Shown here: positions 12,093 through 23,801 of the stretch, one piece after another
Numbering within the stretch: the stretch's first letter is position 1
How the letters are laid out: every line of letters begins with the position of its first letter
Source of the DNA: Okamejei kenojei
Taxonomy: Eukaryota
Length of the DNA stretch: 64,000 nt
Reading direction: 5' to 3'
Assembly: GCA_035221665.1 (NCBI GenBank)
Contig: CM069133.1
Coordinates: 51,584,001-51,648,000 of the forward strand
Notes under the pieces: model-generated
Database searches by the model: none
Seen by the model: only the letters and a program-made list of their open reading frames with translations
Told to the model about the DNA's origin: nothing
Made by a program: the position numbers and the translations under genes

Positions 12093-12508
12093 GGGGGAGA
12101 AACGGGAAGTGAGAAAAAAAAAAACAGGACAAATTGGGGCCAGCACTTGATGACCAGAAGGTTTCCTGATAGGTCGATTGTTGGCTAGAAACGGTGTATC
12201 TCTCAAGAGGGATACATTATTACGAACTGTTGAACTGGCTATCCAGATTTTAGTGGAGTGGAGGGGGCAATGGGAGGGGAAGGGATAGGTGGTGTATGTA
12301 TAATTTATCTAAAATTAGAGAATAATAGGCCTTGGCTGACTAGGTGGTGGCAGAAAAGTAGGCCTTGGCGGATCGAGATTAAGTGTTCAGTGAAATGGTC
12401 GCTGAGTCTACGCTTTGTCTCGTCAATGTACAGCAGCCCACATTGGAAACACCAAATACAGTAGTGAGGTTAGAGAAGGTGCATGTGAACCTCTGCTTAA
12501 CCCGTTCT
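11925..12508 (-). mobile_element. Penelope-like element 3' fragment (GIY-YIG remnant and terminal repeat)
   Basis: KQRFTCTFSNL...YID remnant homologous to 53577-53903, a poly-G tract, and the terminal sequence tgctggagtaactcag...cttcagac. Confidence 0.8.
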
Positions 12509-12975
12509 TCAGTTAGCAATGATATACCCCTTTTGGGATCACACCGCCTCGAGCCAACAATCAACATATCAGGGAAAAAAATCACACGTGTCATTTTCTC
12601 AAGTCTTGTTGCAAAGTACAGCTTCAAAATTGAAAAGTGTTTCATTAATTGGTGTACTGTTTGATTAAAATGTTAGATTAAAGAATGCAATCAGGGAAAT
12701 AAATACACTGCATTATTTAATCTAAGATTAATGACACGGATGATCTTTAAATTTCCAAATTTAGCACGCTTAAATTCCTTTCCATCTATTCAAAGGATGG
12801 CATGTAACATAGGCAAGAACATTATCATTTTGTTATGGGAATCAAAGTTTGAAATTAACTATTATGATATGATTGCAAGAAAAATAAATGTTGGTTACAT
12901 GTTGAAAAGAATGAGAATGGACTCCGAACAGATTATTGTTACAATTTATATTGTAACTGAGGAAATTAAATGAAA

Positions 12976-13655
12976 CTAGACCAAATGGGCGGGGCGTTGA
13001 CGTAACTCGGCCTCTCCAAGCCCGCAGCTGTTGATAACTGCCAGCTGACAATAGCCCTTTAAAGCCGCTAAGGCAAGACACGTTTGCCCAGGAGCGAGCG
13101 CCGAACGAAAAAAGCACCGGCTTCTGACTCTCTGGAAACTCACAGCTGAAATGAGCGCGCAGGGGATGGGAGGGGTTCGCAGGTGGGTGGGGCTTCGCGA
13201 GCTGCACCAGCTGTAAGGAGAAAGTTCAGCGGTAGCGGAACGTGCTGCAGAACATAGGAGGAGAAGTTCAGCGCGTGAGGAGTTGCTACCGAGATCTGTA
13301 GAACAAAGAAGCTATAGCGGAACGGAACTATAGAATCTTTGTTCTGCAGAACTTTCTCAATCTTTCTGCGCATTTTAATCCACAGCGGCGGGGGGAGCGG
13401 GGCCTGAAGGCAGGTGGGCATTGTGACGTCAGCAGCTATTGAGCGGCGTTTATATTTTTTTAATTTAGTTTTGTGATCAATTTTATTCAATATCTGGGGA
13501 AATAATTGACCAAGGAGTGGATTTCTGAACTCATAAGGTAAATCCCTAACAAAATTGTAAAAATCTCTGCATTTTTGCATCTGGTTTTCGAGGAGATAAG
13601 TTTCACATGCAAAATAACACACTCACACACACACAGAGTTTTAAAAGTATATAGA
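12976..13655 (-). mobile_element. non-autonomous Helitron-like element
   Basis: On the minus strand it begins a|TCTATATAC... with a (GT)n tract near the 5' end and ends ...GGTCTAG|t. This gives TC/CTAG termini inserted between A and T with no TSD. The interior is GC/CpG-rich. No clear 3' hairpin. Confidence 0.65.
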
Positions 13656-14251
13656 TAGCTATATCAATATCAAACAAAATTAAAATGGAATTAACTAAAT
13701 TTACTGCGTGGAGATATTAGCAAGTCTAGGATGAACATTTCTGCCATAGGCCAGCTTGGACAGCTGCATTGGATTTTTAATCAATGGTAATGTGATTGGA
13801 ATAAATGTTTTAATAACATTTCCACAGTCTTGTAAATTTTCAGAAAGAGAATGAAATACAATCAATAAAGCTGATTACTTGGAGCCAAACTCCAGTTTAT
13901 GCAAAGAGATTAATTTTACAGCACAACAATACAATAGTTTGAGATTGTTTCAGAAAATTGACCATGCTGCTACAGTTGGTGCTGACCTTATTCTAAGGTC
14001 TGATGTAATCTCTGTGCTGGGAAACTGCTCATCTAGTTATGGTCTAAACTTATGACTGACTGCAGGGTAATATGATTAATCATGAAACCAGTCTCGATTT
14101 CAGTAGAATTTATGAACAGGGGATATCAGATCTGTCTATTTTTCACATCTTCTTGTTACCAGACTTGACAAGAGTATATTTACTATGCATCTCCAGACAC
14201 GATGAAATTGCCATAAAGTAAAATTGTATTCCAGCATAGGCATTCTTTCTT

Positions 14252-17200
14252 TTAAAATCTTATTATTAGTTTTTTTTCAAAAACAAAAACAAAACAAAAA
14301 ATGATAAAAAATAACAATGATATTGATACATAGGGGTCAGGATTACATTAATAACAGAAAGGCTTGATCAGCACTAAGAACAAATTAAATATGATAGGAC
14401 TCAATAAGATAAAATCATTCAATCCAAAAAACTTACGAAATTGAAACCATATTCGAAATGTGTGTCTTATTATGGGGTTAGTCGTATATTTATTCAATCT
14501 CGTAATTGCAAAAGGTAACGAGGCCCCTAGAATAGAAGCCAATGATACCCCTTGCATAGAATCACGTTCAAGATTTATCCACCCTGGCCATTGGGTATCT
14601 TCTAAATCTTTTGTCCAAACCGTCAGATAGCGAGCATTAACTGCCCAATAGTAAAATCTAAAGTTCGGCAGTGCCAAACCACCATCTTTTTTTGATTTCT
14701 GTAAGTATTTTTTGCTTAGTCTGGGATTTTTATTCTGCCATATATATAGAAATTTTGAAGTCAATAATATAAAAGAAAGATTTAGCAATAAAAATTGGTA
14801 TAGTCCGAAATATTGGTAGCATTGATTCGGCCAATTAAAGATAAGGACATTGGTGACCATTTAGTAAACTGTTGTTTGATATGGTCAATTAGAGGGGTAA
14901 AATTGGCTTTAAATAGATCCTTGTGTTTCTTGGTAATCTTAATGCCTAAATAAGTGAAACATTTGGTAGTCAATCTAAATGGAAACTGTCCATAATTCAA
15001 AATTAGATTATTTAATGGAAAAAGCTCACTCTTTCTAAGATTTAGTTGATAACCAGAAAAACTACTAAATTGATTAAGTAGTGCTACTATTGCCAGAATT
15101 GATTTCTCTGGGTTAGAGATGAATAATAACAGATCATCTGCATAGAGAGATAGCTTATGTGTCTTATTCTCACGGACAATACCAAAATATTAGGGGATTC
15201 CCTAATAGCGGTGGCCAAAGGTTCCAAAGCGATAACAAACAGTAAAAGACTTCAAGGACAGCCCTGTCTAGTACCTCGAAAGAGCCTGAAAAAAGGGGAT
15301 CTCTGATTATTGGTAAGTAGAGAAGCCTGACATATATGATATATCAGCTTAATCCAAGAGATAAATTTTGGACCAATCTTAAATTTTTCAAGTGTATTGA
15401 ATAAGTATTCCCATTCTACTATCAAATGCCTTCTCAGCATCAAGTGAAATTACATATTCTGGAGTTTTATTTTATGCTGTATATTCAATATTCAATAATC
15501 TCCAAACGTTAAAGTATTAATAACGATTTTTAATAAAACCTGTCTGATCTTCAGAAATAATTTGCGGTAAAATATTTTCCAATCTCATAGCCAGGGAGAC
15601 AGTAAATTTGAGAAATGCTTTAAAAATTCCACTATAAACCCATCTAAACTGGGAGCTTCACCAGAATTAATCGAAAGAATTGCTTTCTGTATTTCATCCT
15701 CGGTGATGGGTTCATCGAACAACAGAGATTCATCATGTGGTAAATTTGGCATGTTAAGTTTCTTTAAAAACTCATGTCTTCTATTGGAATCGGTAGGAAA
15801 TTCTGATTGGTATAGGGAGGTATGAAATTCCTGAAAGGATTTATTAATTTCATCATGGTCTATTGTCAATATACCATCCCGTTTACTCACTTTAATAATC
15901 TGATGTTTGGCTGACACAGCTTTCAACTGATTGGGTAGTAATTTGCCAGATTTATCGCCATGTATATAAAATTGACTTTTGGTTTTATGTAGCTGATTCT
16001 CAATCGGTGATACTAATAAAAAATGTCTGAATTGAAGTTCAACTGCATTCTTATAGAGCTCTAGACTAGGAGTAGAATATTTTTTATCAATTTCTTTAAT
16101 CTCATCAGCCAATATACGTATTTCATTTTGTGTTTTTTTTTAATCCCGCGGAGTATGAAATAATTTGTCACAAATAAATGCTTTAAAAGCATCCCAGACT
16201 ACACCTTTAGATATTTCTTCAGTAGAGTTTAAGAAGAAGAAAGCAATCTGATCTTTAATAAAATTAACAAAATTTAGATCTTGAAGCAGAATAGTATTGA
16301 ATCGCCATTGTTTAGCACTAAACTTGGAATCAGGTAGTTAATTGATAGTTTCAATGGTGCATGATCAGAAATAGCAATTGCATCATACTCACATGCAATG
16401 ACCGTGAAACTAGCCGAGAATCTATTATAAAGTAGTAAATCCTTGAGTGACTATGATATACATGAGAGAAAAAAGAACATTCTTTGTCATTTGGGTGTAG
16501 GAATCTCCAGACTTCTAACATTCCAGAGTCAAGTAAAAAAGAATTGATATAACTAACTGATTTATTTGGAAGCACATAATCAGATGCAGATCTGTCCATT
16601 GAGGGGTTCAAACAGCAGTTAAAATCTCCACCCATTAACAAAAGATGTTCATTTAAATTAGGAAAGGATGCAATTAACTGTTTAAAAAACTCAGGGTGAT
16701 CAATATTAGGTGCATAAACATTCACCATCACAACTTTTTGGTTATGAAGAACACCAGTGATCATCAAAAATCTACCATATGGATCAGAAATTGCTTCATA
16801 ATGAACAAACGAAATTGAGGAGTCAATAAAAATAGAGAATCCTTTCACCTTTGCCTGTGAATTTGAATGAAACTGCTGTCTTCTCCAAAACTTAAAGAAT
16901 CGTTGATTGTCGTCTTTCCTTACATGAGTTTCCTGAACAAAGATAATCTGAGCATTGAGTTTACGAAGAACTTAAAAAAAAAATTCCTCTTAATGGGATG
17001 GTTCAAACCATTCACATTCCATGAAAGGAAGTTAATAACTTTATCCATATTGTTTGTAAAAATCATGGGGAATGTAAAGGGTTAATTTCGTAGAGCATAG
17101 CAGTTCATGATACTGGAAGGAGAAGAATCTATAGTGGTGCCAGAAGTGATGACATTTCAGACATTTTTGCATTTCAAAATCTGTCCAGATAGAAAAAAAT

Positions 17201-17470
17201 AAACTGAAAGCAAAAGTCCCCCCCCCCCCCCCCCCCATGCAAAGCCCAAAACTAACCAGTAGACAGTCAGAACGCTACCTAATCCCTCCCCTACCCTCAT
17301 CCCTCCTAATGACAGCTCCAACGTAAAAATAAGGCATCTTTACCACTCCACGCTTCTTCCTTGGAGAAGCTTTTTTTCATCTTGTCTCCATCCTTTACAT
17401 GATTGAAACGTATAAAAGTGTTATCAACACTTTAAGAAAGGTTAGACCGTGTCTTGAAATCAAGTAATAA
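14252..17470 (-). mobile_element. L1-clade LINE, degenerate ORF2 with internal deletion and poly(A) tail
   Basis: ORF2 starts at 17048 (MDKVINFLSWNVNGLNHPIKR). APE endonuclease motifs NVYAPN and GGDFNC. RT motifs APSLDGF, RGTRQGCP, LYADD and GGLALPNFRFYYWA. T-rich tail on the plus strand at ~14250-14280. Confidence 0.9.
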
Positions 17471-17562
17471 CAAGTAACATTGAAAGAGTGGTAAGCAAGA
17501 AGTTAAAAGTTAAGGGAGCAAATTAGGTTGCAACCTTTACAGCATGCTGCCACTAGGGGAAA

Positions 17563-18268
17563 CTGTGGGAACCGTTGGAGGTGGCGAAAATGTCGGAGGA
17601 TTATCTGTTGTATGTGACGGCTGGTAGGGTGGAAGGTGAGGTCAAGGGGGATTCTGCCCTTGTTATAAGTGGGGGCATGGGGCATGAGAGCAGAGTTACA
17701 GGGTATAGAAGAGACTCTGATGAGAGCCTCATCTATAGTAGAAGAGGGGAACCCCCATTCCCTAAAGAATGAGGACATCTCCGATGCCCTGGTTTGGAAC
17801 ACCTCATCCTGGGTGCAGATGCGGCAAAGAAGGAGGAATTGGGAGTTGGGGATGGAGTCCTTACAGGAAGTAGGGTGTGAAGAAGTGTAGTCCAGATAGC
17901 CATGGGAGTCAGTGGGTTTATAGTAGATGTCGGTCAGTAGTCTGTCACCTGCGATGGAGATAGTGAGGTCTAGAAATGGTAGGGAGATGTCGGAAAAGGT
18001 CCAGGTGTATTTGAGTGCCGGATGGAAGTTAGTGGTGAAAAGTCTGTGAGTTGTGTATGGGTGCAGGAGGTAGCACCAATGCAGTCACCGATGTAGCGGA
18101 GGTAGAGTTCGGGGATAGGGCCACAGTACGCCTCGAACAAGAATTGTTCGACGTACCCTACAAAGAGGCAGGCATAGCTTGGACCCATGCGCGTGCCCAT
18201 AGCTACGCCTAGGATTTCCATCGCTCCATAGATGCTGCCTCACCTGCTGAGTTTCTCCAGTTTTTTTG
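17563..18268 (-). mobile_element. Penelope-like element RT fragment with an inverted terminal piece at its 5' junction
   Basis: Encodes GVAMGTRMGPSYACLFVGYVEQ...YLRYI(G)DCIG and SEMSSFFRE.GFP. 18220-18268 is a terminal-repeat piece in the opposite orientation, as is typical of PLE insertions. Confidence 0.9.
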
Positions 18269-18694
18269 CAGCTTATCTTTGATGGGTTGGAGGGCAGGAA
18301 CTATATGGCTCAAAAGGTGGTGGAAATGGGCCGAAAAGATGCTGAAAGCTTGTTAATCTCAGCTCTAGTCCGGATGAGGTGTAAACAAACAGAAGAGGAA
18401 TGAGCACGGGGAGGGAGAAAAAAAATCAATCCTGGAAATGAGAAATACTAATATTTCTCATTTCTCAAGGAACTTTCATTTGGAGCAAGAATGGAAAAAA
18501 AGCATCAAAGCACCAATCCTAGAAATATGCCTCTCTTCACTTTTTGTGAAACATAGAGAGGAACTGTACTCAGGATTGCCTTTAGTATGACTAGGATCAC
18601 CAGTGTTATATTAAAATAGAGCAAATCACTAAGTTTTAAGGGCTTGTCGGTCACACTTCGCAATTGCAGTGCCCTGATACTTATTTTGAAGGCT

Positions 18695-18900
18695 AGAGAC
18701 AGAGTGCCTGAGTAACTCAGCGGGTCAAGCAGCATGTCTGGAGAAAAGGATGTGTAATGTTTCGGGTCTTCTTTCTGAAGAAGGGTCCTGACCTGAAACA
18801 TCACTGATCCTTTTTCTCCCGAGATGCTACCTGACTCGTTTAGTTATTCCAGCACTTTGTGTCTACCTTCAATATAACCCAGCATATGAAGTTCCTTTCT
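18695..18900. mobile_element. palindromic PLE-terminal element
   Basis: Inverted arms gagtaactcagcgggtca... / ...gacctgaaacatcac...gttattccagcactttgtgtc around ctgaagaaggg at ~18775. Confidence 0.75.
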
Positions 18901-19519
18901 ACTCTAGTTATTTTGAGGAGAGCTAACTAAAAGTCAGCGCTTTAAATAAAATGTCCATTGCTGAAAATCAGGTTCTGCAGACTTCTATCTTTTTTTTTTA
19001 TTACTGTACGTTACATTCAAGAAGCAATGAAAGCTTTCAGAGATAGGGTTAAATGAACAAACAACACATTTGTGCCAATATTCTCACAAGAAAATGGCAT
19101 CCCCAAGTCCGAAAATCACATGGCTATGTAATTAACTTAATTCTTTAAATATTTGCAAGTGTGTAGTTTTCAGACAAATAATTGATGTTAATTGCATCTT
19201 GACACATTCCTGCAATTCAATATGATGAGGTACCCATGGTGTTGATTCCTACTTAATCACACGTTGAACCCAAGCCAATTGCATGTAATGATGCATTAAA
19301 TCTACCCAAGAATTTCATCTTCATTGAAAAGCAAAAGTCTTCAGATACAATGAATTACTAATGGAAAATGCTGGAAATAGTCAGGAGGTCAGGTAACATC
19401 TGAAGACTTATTAATTGCAGTTAATCTGTTTGGAGGAAGAGTGTGTGTATAGATAATGAATGAGAATGGGAGAAGATAATTTTATTTTTATTCAGTAATT
19501 AATTCAGGGTAAAATAGGA

Positions 19520-20150
19520 GAGACCTCGGGGGACAAGTACGTAGTTCCTTGAAAATGGTGACACAGGTCGGCGGGGTGATGAAGATGGTGTTTGGCACAC
19601 TGCCTTCCTCAATTGGTGTATTGCACACAGGAGTTGAGAGTTCATGTAACAATTGAACATGACGTTGGTGAGACCACAATTGGATTATTGTGCAGTGCTG
19701 GTCACCCAACTAAAGGCAGGATGTATTAGTCCGGAAATGGTGGAGAAAACATTCACTGTGACTGGAGGGCTTTAGTTGCAGGGAAAGAATAGATAGGCTT
19801 GGCCTTTTACCCTGGAGCATGGGCTGAGGATTGATCTTATGGAGATGTAATTCAGGGTATGTTAAGTCTTTTTCTGGAGTATGGGAATTAATATTAGAGA
19901 CCATAGATTTAAAGTGGGAGAGAAAAGATTTAAAGGACTACCTAAGGGCGAGTTTTCACCTGACTGATGGATATGTGAAACCCGAGGAAGTGGTTGTGGC
20001 AGGTACAATTTCAACGTTTAAAATACATTTACATTGGTATATATACAATGGAAAGGTTTAGCGGGATATGGGCCAAATGCAGGCAAATGGGACTAGCTCA
20101 GGAAGGCATTGGCATATTGGGCTGTCGGTCCGTTTCCATGCTATATTACT
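19520..20150 (+). mobile_element. old CR1 3' fragment
   Basis: Degenerate match to the CR1 ORF2 end (LVRP.L.YCVQ.WSP) and 3' UTR. Confidence 0.65.
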
Positions 20151-20160
20151 ATGGTGACAC

Positions 20161-20672
20161 ATATCCCTTGATCTCCCCATATCCCTTGATTCCGTAAGAG
20201 CTGAATCTACCTCTCGCTTGAAATCCAGTGAATTGGCCTCCACTGCCTTCTGTGGGAAAGAATACCACAGATTCACAACTCTCTGAGTGAAGAACGTTTG
20301 GCCTCATCTCAATCCTAAATGGCCTACCCCTTATTCTTAAACTGTGACCCCTGGTTCTGGTCTCCCCCAACACCGGGAACATTTTTCCTGCATCTAGCCT
20401 GTCCAATCCCTTAAGAATTGTATATGTTTCTATAAGATCCACTCTCATCCTTCTAGATTCCATTGAACACAAGCCCAATCGACCCATTATTTCATCATGT
20501 CAGTCCCACCATCCCTGGAATTAACCTGGTGAACCTATGCTGCACTCCCTCAATAGCAAGAATGTCCTTCCTCCAATTAGGAGACCAAAACTGCACACAA
20601 TACTCCAGGTGCTGTCTCACCTAGGCCCTGTACAACTGCAGTAGGACCTCATTGCTCCTATACACAAATCCC
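20161..20672 (-). mobile_element. CR1 fragment
   Basis: ORF 20149-20487 (DLIETYTILKGLDRLDAGKMFP...TRGHSLRI); homologous to 32957-33590. Confidence 0.9.
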
Positions 20673-21429
20673 TGGGTCCCTGGATGTATGTGAGGAGGGG
20701 AAGGTATAGAAGTATTACATCTTCTGCGGTTGCAGGGTAAAGTACATGGGGAGGGGATAGTTTTGGGTAGGAAGGCAAGAGTGAACCGAGGAGCTGCAGA
20801 GGGAGCGGTACCTTCGCACCCAAAGATTCACTCATGCCTTCCCACCCAAAAACCATCCCCTCCACAACTTCTTGGTTTACTCATCCCTTCCCACCCAAAA
20901 CCCTTCCCTCCATAACTGACTGAAATCCAAACAAAATAATAATGCAGAGAAAATAAACGGTTGAACTAACCAGCTTGACCAGAATTTTAAAGTTACGTGT
21001 AAATATCCTGATCTCTTTATTTCCATCATTCAACCACCTACACACAGGCATGACCCAGAGCCTACAAATTTTAACGGGGAGAACATACAAACTCCATACC
21101 CGTGGTAAGGACGAACCGGGTCTCTGGCGCTGTAAGGCAGCACTCTATCAACACTCAACATTAAGCTCCATTTACAGAACACACTTTTAGTGGAAGCACT
21201 GAATACGATGCCCATAATTATAACGGCAAATGATTTTATGCATGGAATCCAGGACGACACAACCAGAATTTCAGGCAACCCAGACAAGGGACAACTGGCA
21301 AGACCTACGGAAAAGACCCAGACTTCATTGAAGTATTGGAAAAGTACATATGCCATGAATTCACTCTCACGAGTACAGGAGTATATGCAGACAACCTCAG
21401 AGATACGTAGAGTACAGCCGTTCTCAGAG

Positions 21430-21544
21430 GCCGGCACGGTGGAGCAGCGGTAAAGTTGCTGCCTTACAGCGCCAGAGACCCGGCGGATGGAACCCGGGTC
21501 TCTGGTGATGTAAGGCAGCAACTCACCACTACACCACCGTGCCG
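21430..21544. mobile_element. inverted dimer of tRNA-derived SINE heads
   Basis: cggcacggtggagcagcggtaaagttgctgccttacagcgccagagacccgg followed by its approximate reverse complement, flanked by CTCAGAG direct repeats. Confidence 0.8.
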
Positions 21545-22910
21545 CTCAGAGTCGACTGATTACTGTAAATACGAGTCCCCTTGCTATTAGCCACAGGGAA
21601 AGTCAGCACAAAATCCCTCCTCAATTGCCTTTTCCCTAATGAATATTAAAGAGCTGAGTTTCTTATTAATGATTGGGATGAGAATGTACAAGGCGTGATT
21701 AAGTTTGCAGGTGTCACTAAAGAGGATGGTATCGCAGATAGTGAAGATAGTTATTAAATATTATGGGGGAATCTTGATCAGCTGGTGATGGTTAATGGAG
21801 TTTAATGCAGATAAGTGTGTGTTATTGCATTTTGGGAAGTCAAACCAGGGCAGGACCTTCACTGTGAATGTGGAACCCTGGGGACTGTTGTAGAGCAGAC
21901 GGATCACACACTACCCATTCTGCCTCCCAATCAAACACTTCCTTTTGTAGTGAGCTTGTGACTGCTACAGAAAGGCACTGCAGAATGTACAGAACTGGAG
22001 TGAAAGCACATCATCCTCAAACCCGACCAGCTGTCAAAGAAAAAGAATCAAGAGTGTTTAATTGTCATTCGTCATATGTGAAAACAGGACAATGAAATTC
22101 TTACTTGCAGCAGCATAATAGGTCTGTAACCACAATACTCATATCACAATAAACAAAAGAAAGTTCAATTAATTTTATAAAGACCTAATATTAGTGCAAA
22201 ACAAAAGCATAAAGTCCCTACTGCGACCAAGAGTCCCAATCGCAACCAACAGTTCGTAGTTTAATCGTTTTTTGTGTTCAAGAGCCTGATGGTTGCTGGG
22301 AAGAAGCAGTTCCTGAATCTGGCGGTTATAGCTTTCAGACTTCGACAATTTATTCTCCATAACGGGAGGGAAATGAGAGCATGGCTAAGGGGCTTGGTGA
22401 TACTAGCTGCCTTTTTGCGGCAATGCCTGATATAGATCCCTTTGATGATGAGGAGATCACGCGCGATAGTGGCAACACTGCAACAAACTAGAATGGAGAT
22501 GATTGATCACACCTATTAGGCATGCAAGATTGCCAAGCTAATGTGTACACAGCAGATTGATTTTGTGTAAATAACATCCACAACTGCAGTCAACTTTGTT
22601 TATCTGCAGAAAACACCAGGCTCTTATGAAGAGAAATTGCTGTATTTTGTTTCTTCTGCTTTCTGTGTAGACTCTATCTACCGAATAAACTGACTATATG
22701 GTTTTCAGTAGATTGCTGAGTCATATTCTGACTCAGAATATGGGAAATCTGACCTCATCCAAGTCTGCCTGATGGTTTTCTGAAAGATGAAATGAAATGT
22801 TACCTTTATTGTCATTCAGACCTTTCGGTCTGAACAAAATTTCGTGCCTGCAGTCATACATATAATAAAAATAACAAAAACACACAGTAAACACAAATTT
22901 CACATCCAGA

Positions 22911-23004
22911 GTTACACAAAAGGCTGGAGAAACTCAGCGGGTGCAGCAGCATCTAAGGAATGAAGGAGATAGGCGACGTTTCGGGTCGAGACCCTTCTTC
23001 AGAC
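22911..23004 (-). mobile_element. short PLE-terminal unit with hammerhead motif (94 bp)
   Basis: Near-identical to 60528-60622; intact motif at 22975-23002. Confidence 0.85.
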
Positions 23005-23485
23005 GGATGCTATTTAGAATCGCATTTCACATCCAGATGCTATTTAGAATCGCATTGTGCAACATTGAAACAGGTCCTCTAACTCACTGTGTTGATGCCA
23101 ACCATCATGCCTATTTATACTTAGTACATCAATCCCGCACCTACATCAATTCTATGTATTCTTTGCTGATTCAAGTACCTGTCTGGATGCCTCTTAAATG
23201 GCGTCACTATTCCTGCCTCTACCACCACCTCTGGCAGCTCAATCCAGATAGCAACTACTTTGTGAAAAACATATGCTATAAATCCTTTTTTAAACTGCCT
23301 CCCTCGCACCTAAAATGTATGCCCTATGATTTTAGACCTCTACCAAGGGAAACAGATTCAGCCTGTCTGTGCCTCTCGTAATTTTATATACCTCTATCAT
23401 ATCACCTCCACAGAAAATGGACCCAGCCTATCCAATTTCTCCTTAAAACTCAACTCCTCTGATCAAGGCAATATCATTGTGAATC

Positions 23486-23801
23486 TTTTAGTTTTAGTTT
23501 AGTTTAGAGATACAGTGTGGGAAACAGGCTCTTCGGCCCACCGGGTCCGCGCCGACCAGCGATCCCCGCACATTAACACTATCTTACACACACTAAAGAC
23601 AACTTACAATTATATCAAGCAATTAACCTAAACTGGTACGTCTTTGGAGTGTGGGAGCAAACCAGAGATCCCGGAGAAAACCCACGCAAGTCACGGGGAG
23701 AACGTACAAACTCCGTACAGACAAGCACCCGTAGTCAGGATCGAACCCGGGTCCCTGGCGTTGTCAGGCAGCAGCTCTACCGTTGCACCACTGTGCCGCC
23801 C
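23486..23801 (-). mobile_element. tRNA-derived V-SINE (HE1-like)
   Basis: The minus strand has a tRNA-like head with box B (gggttcgatcc), a central domain (ggagtttgtacgttctccccgtgac...tccaaagacg), a CR1-like tail (gagcctgtttcc) and an (CTAAA)n end. Confidence 0.85.

Noticed and set aside
23486-23801. tRNA genes (also 33856-34157, 58541-58846, 21430-21544)
   Set aside because: The tRNA-like heads continue into SINE body and tail or are truncated, and I cannot build a complete cloverleaf.
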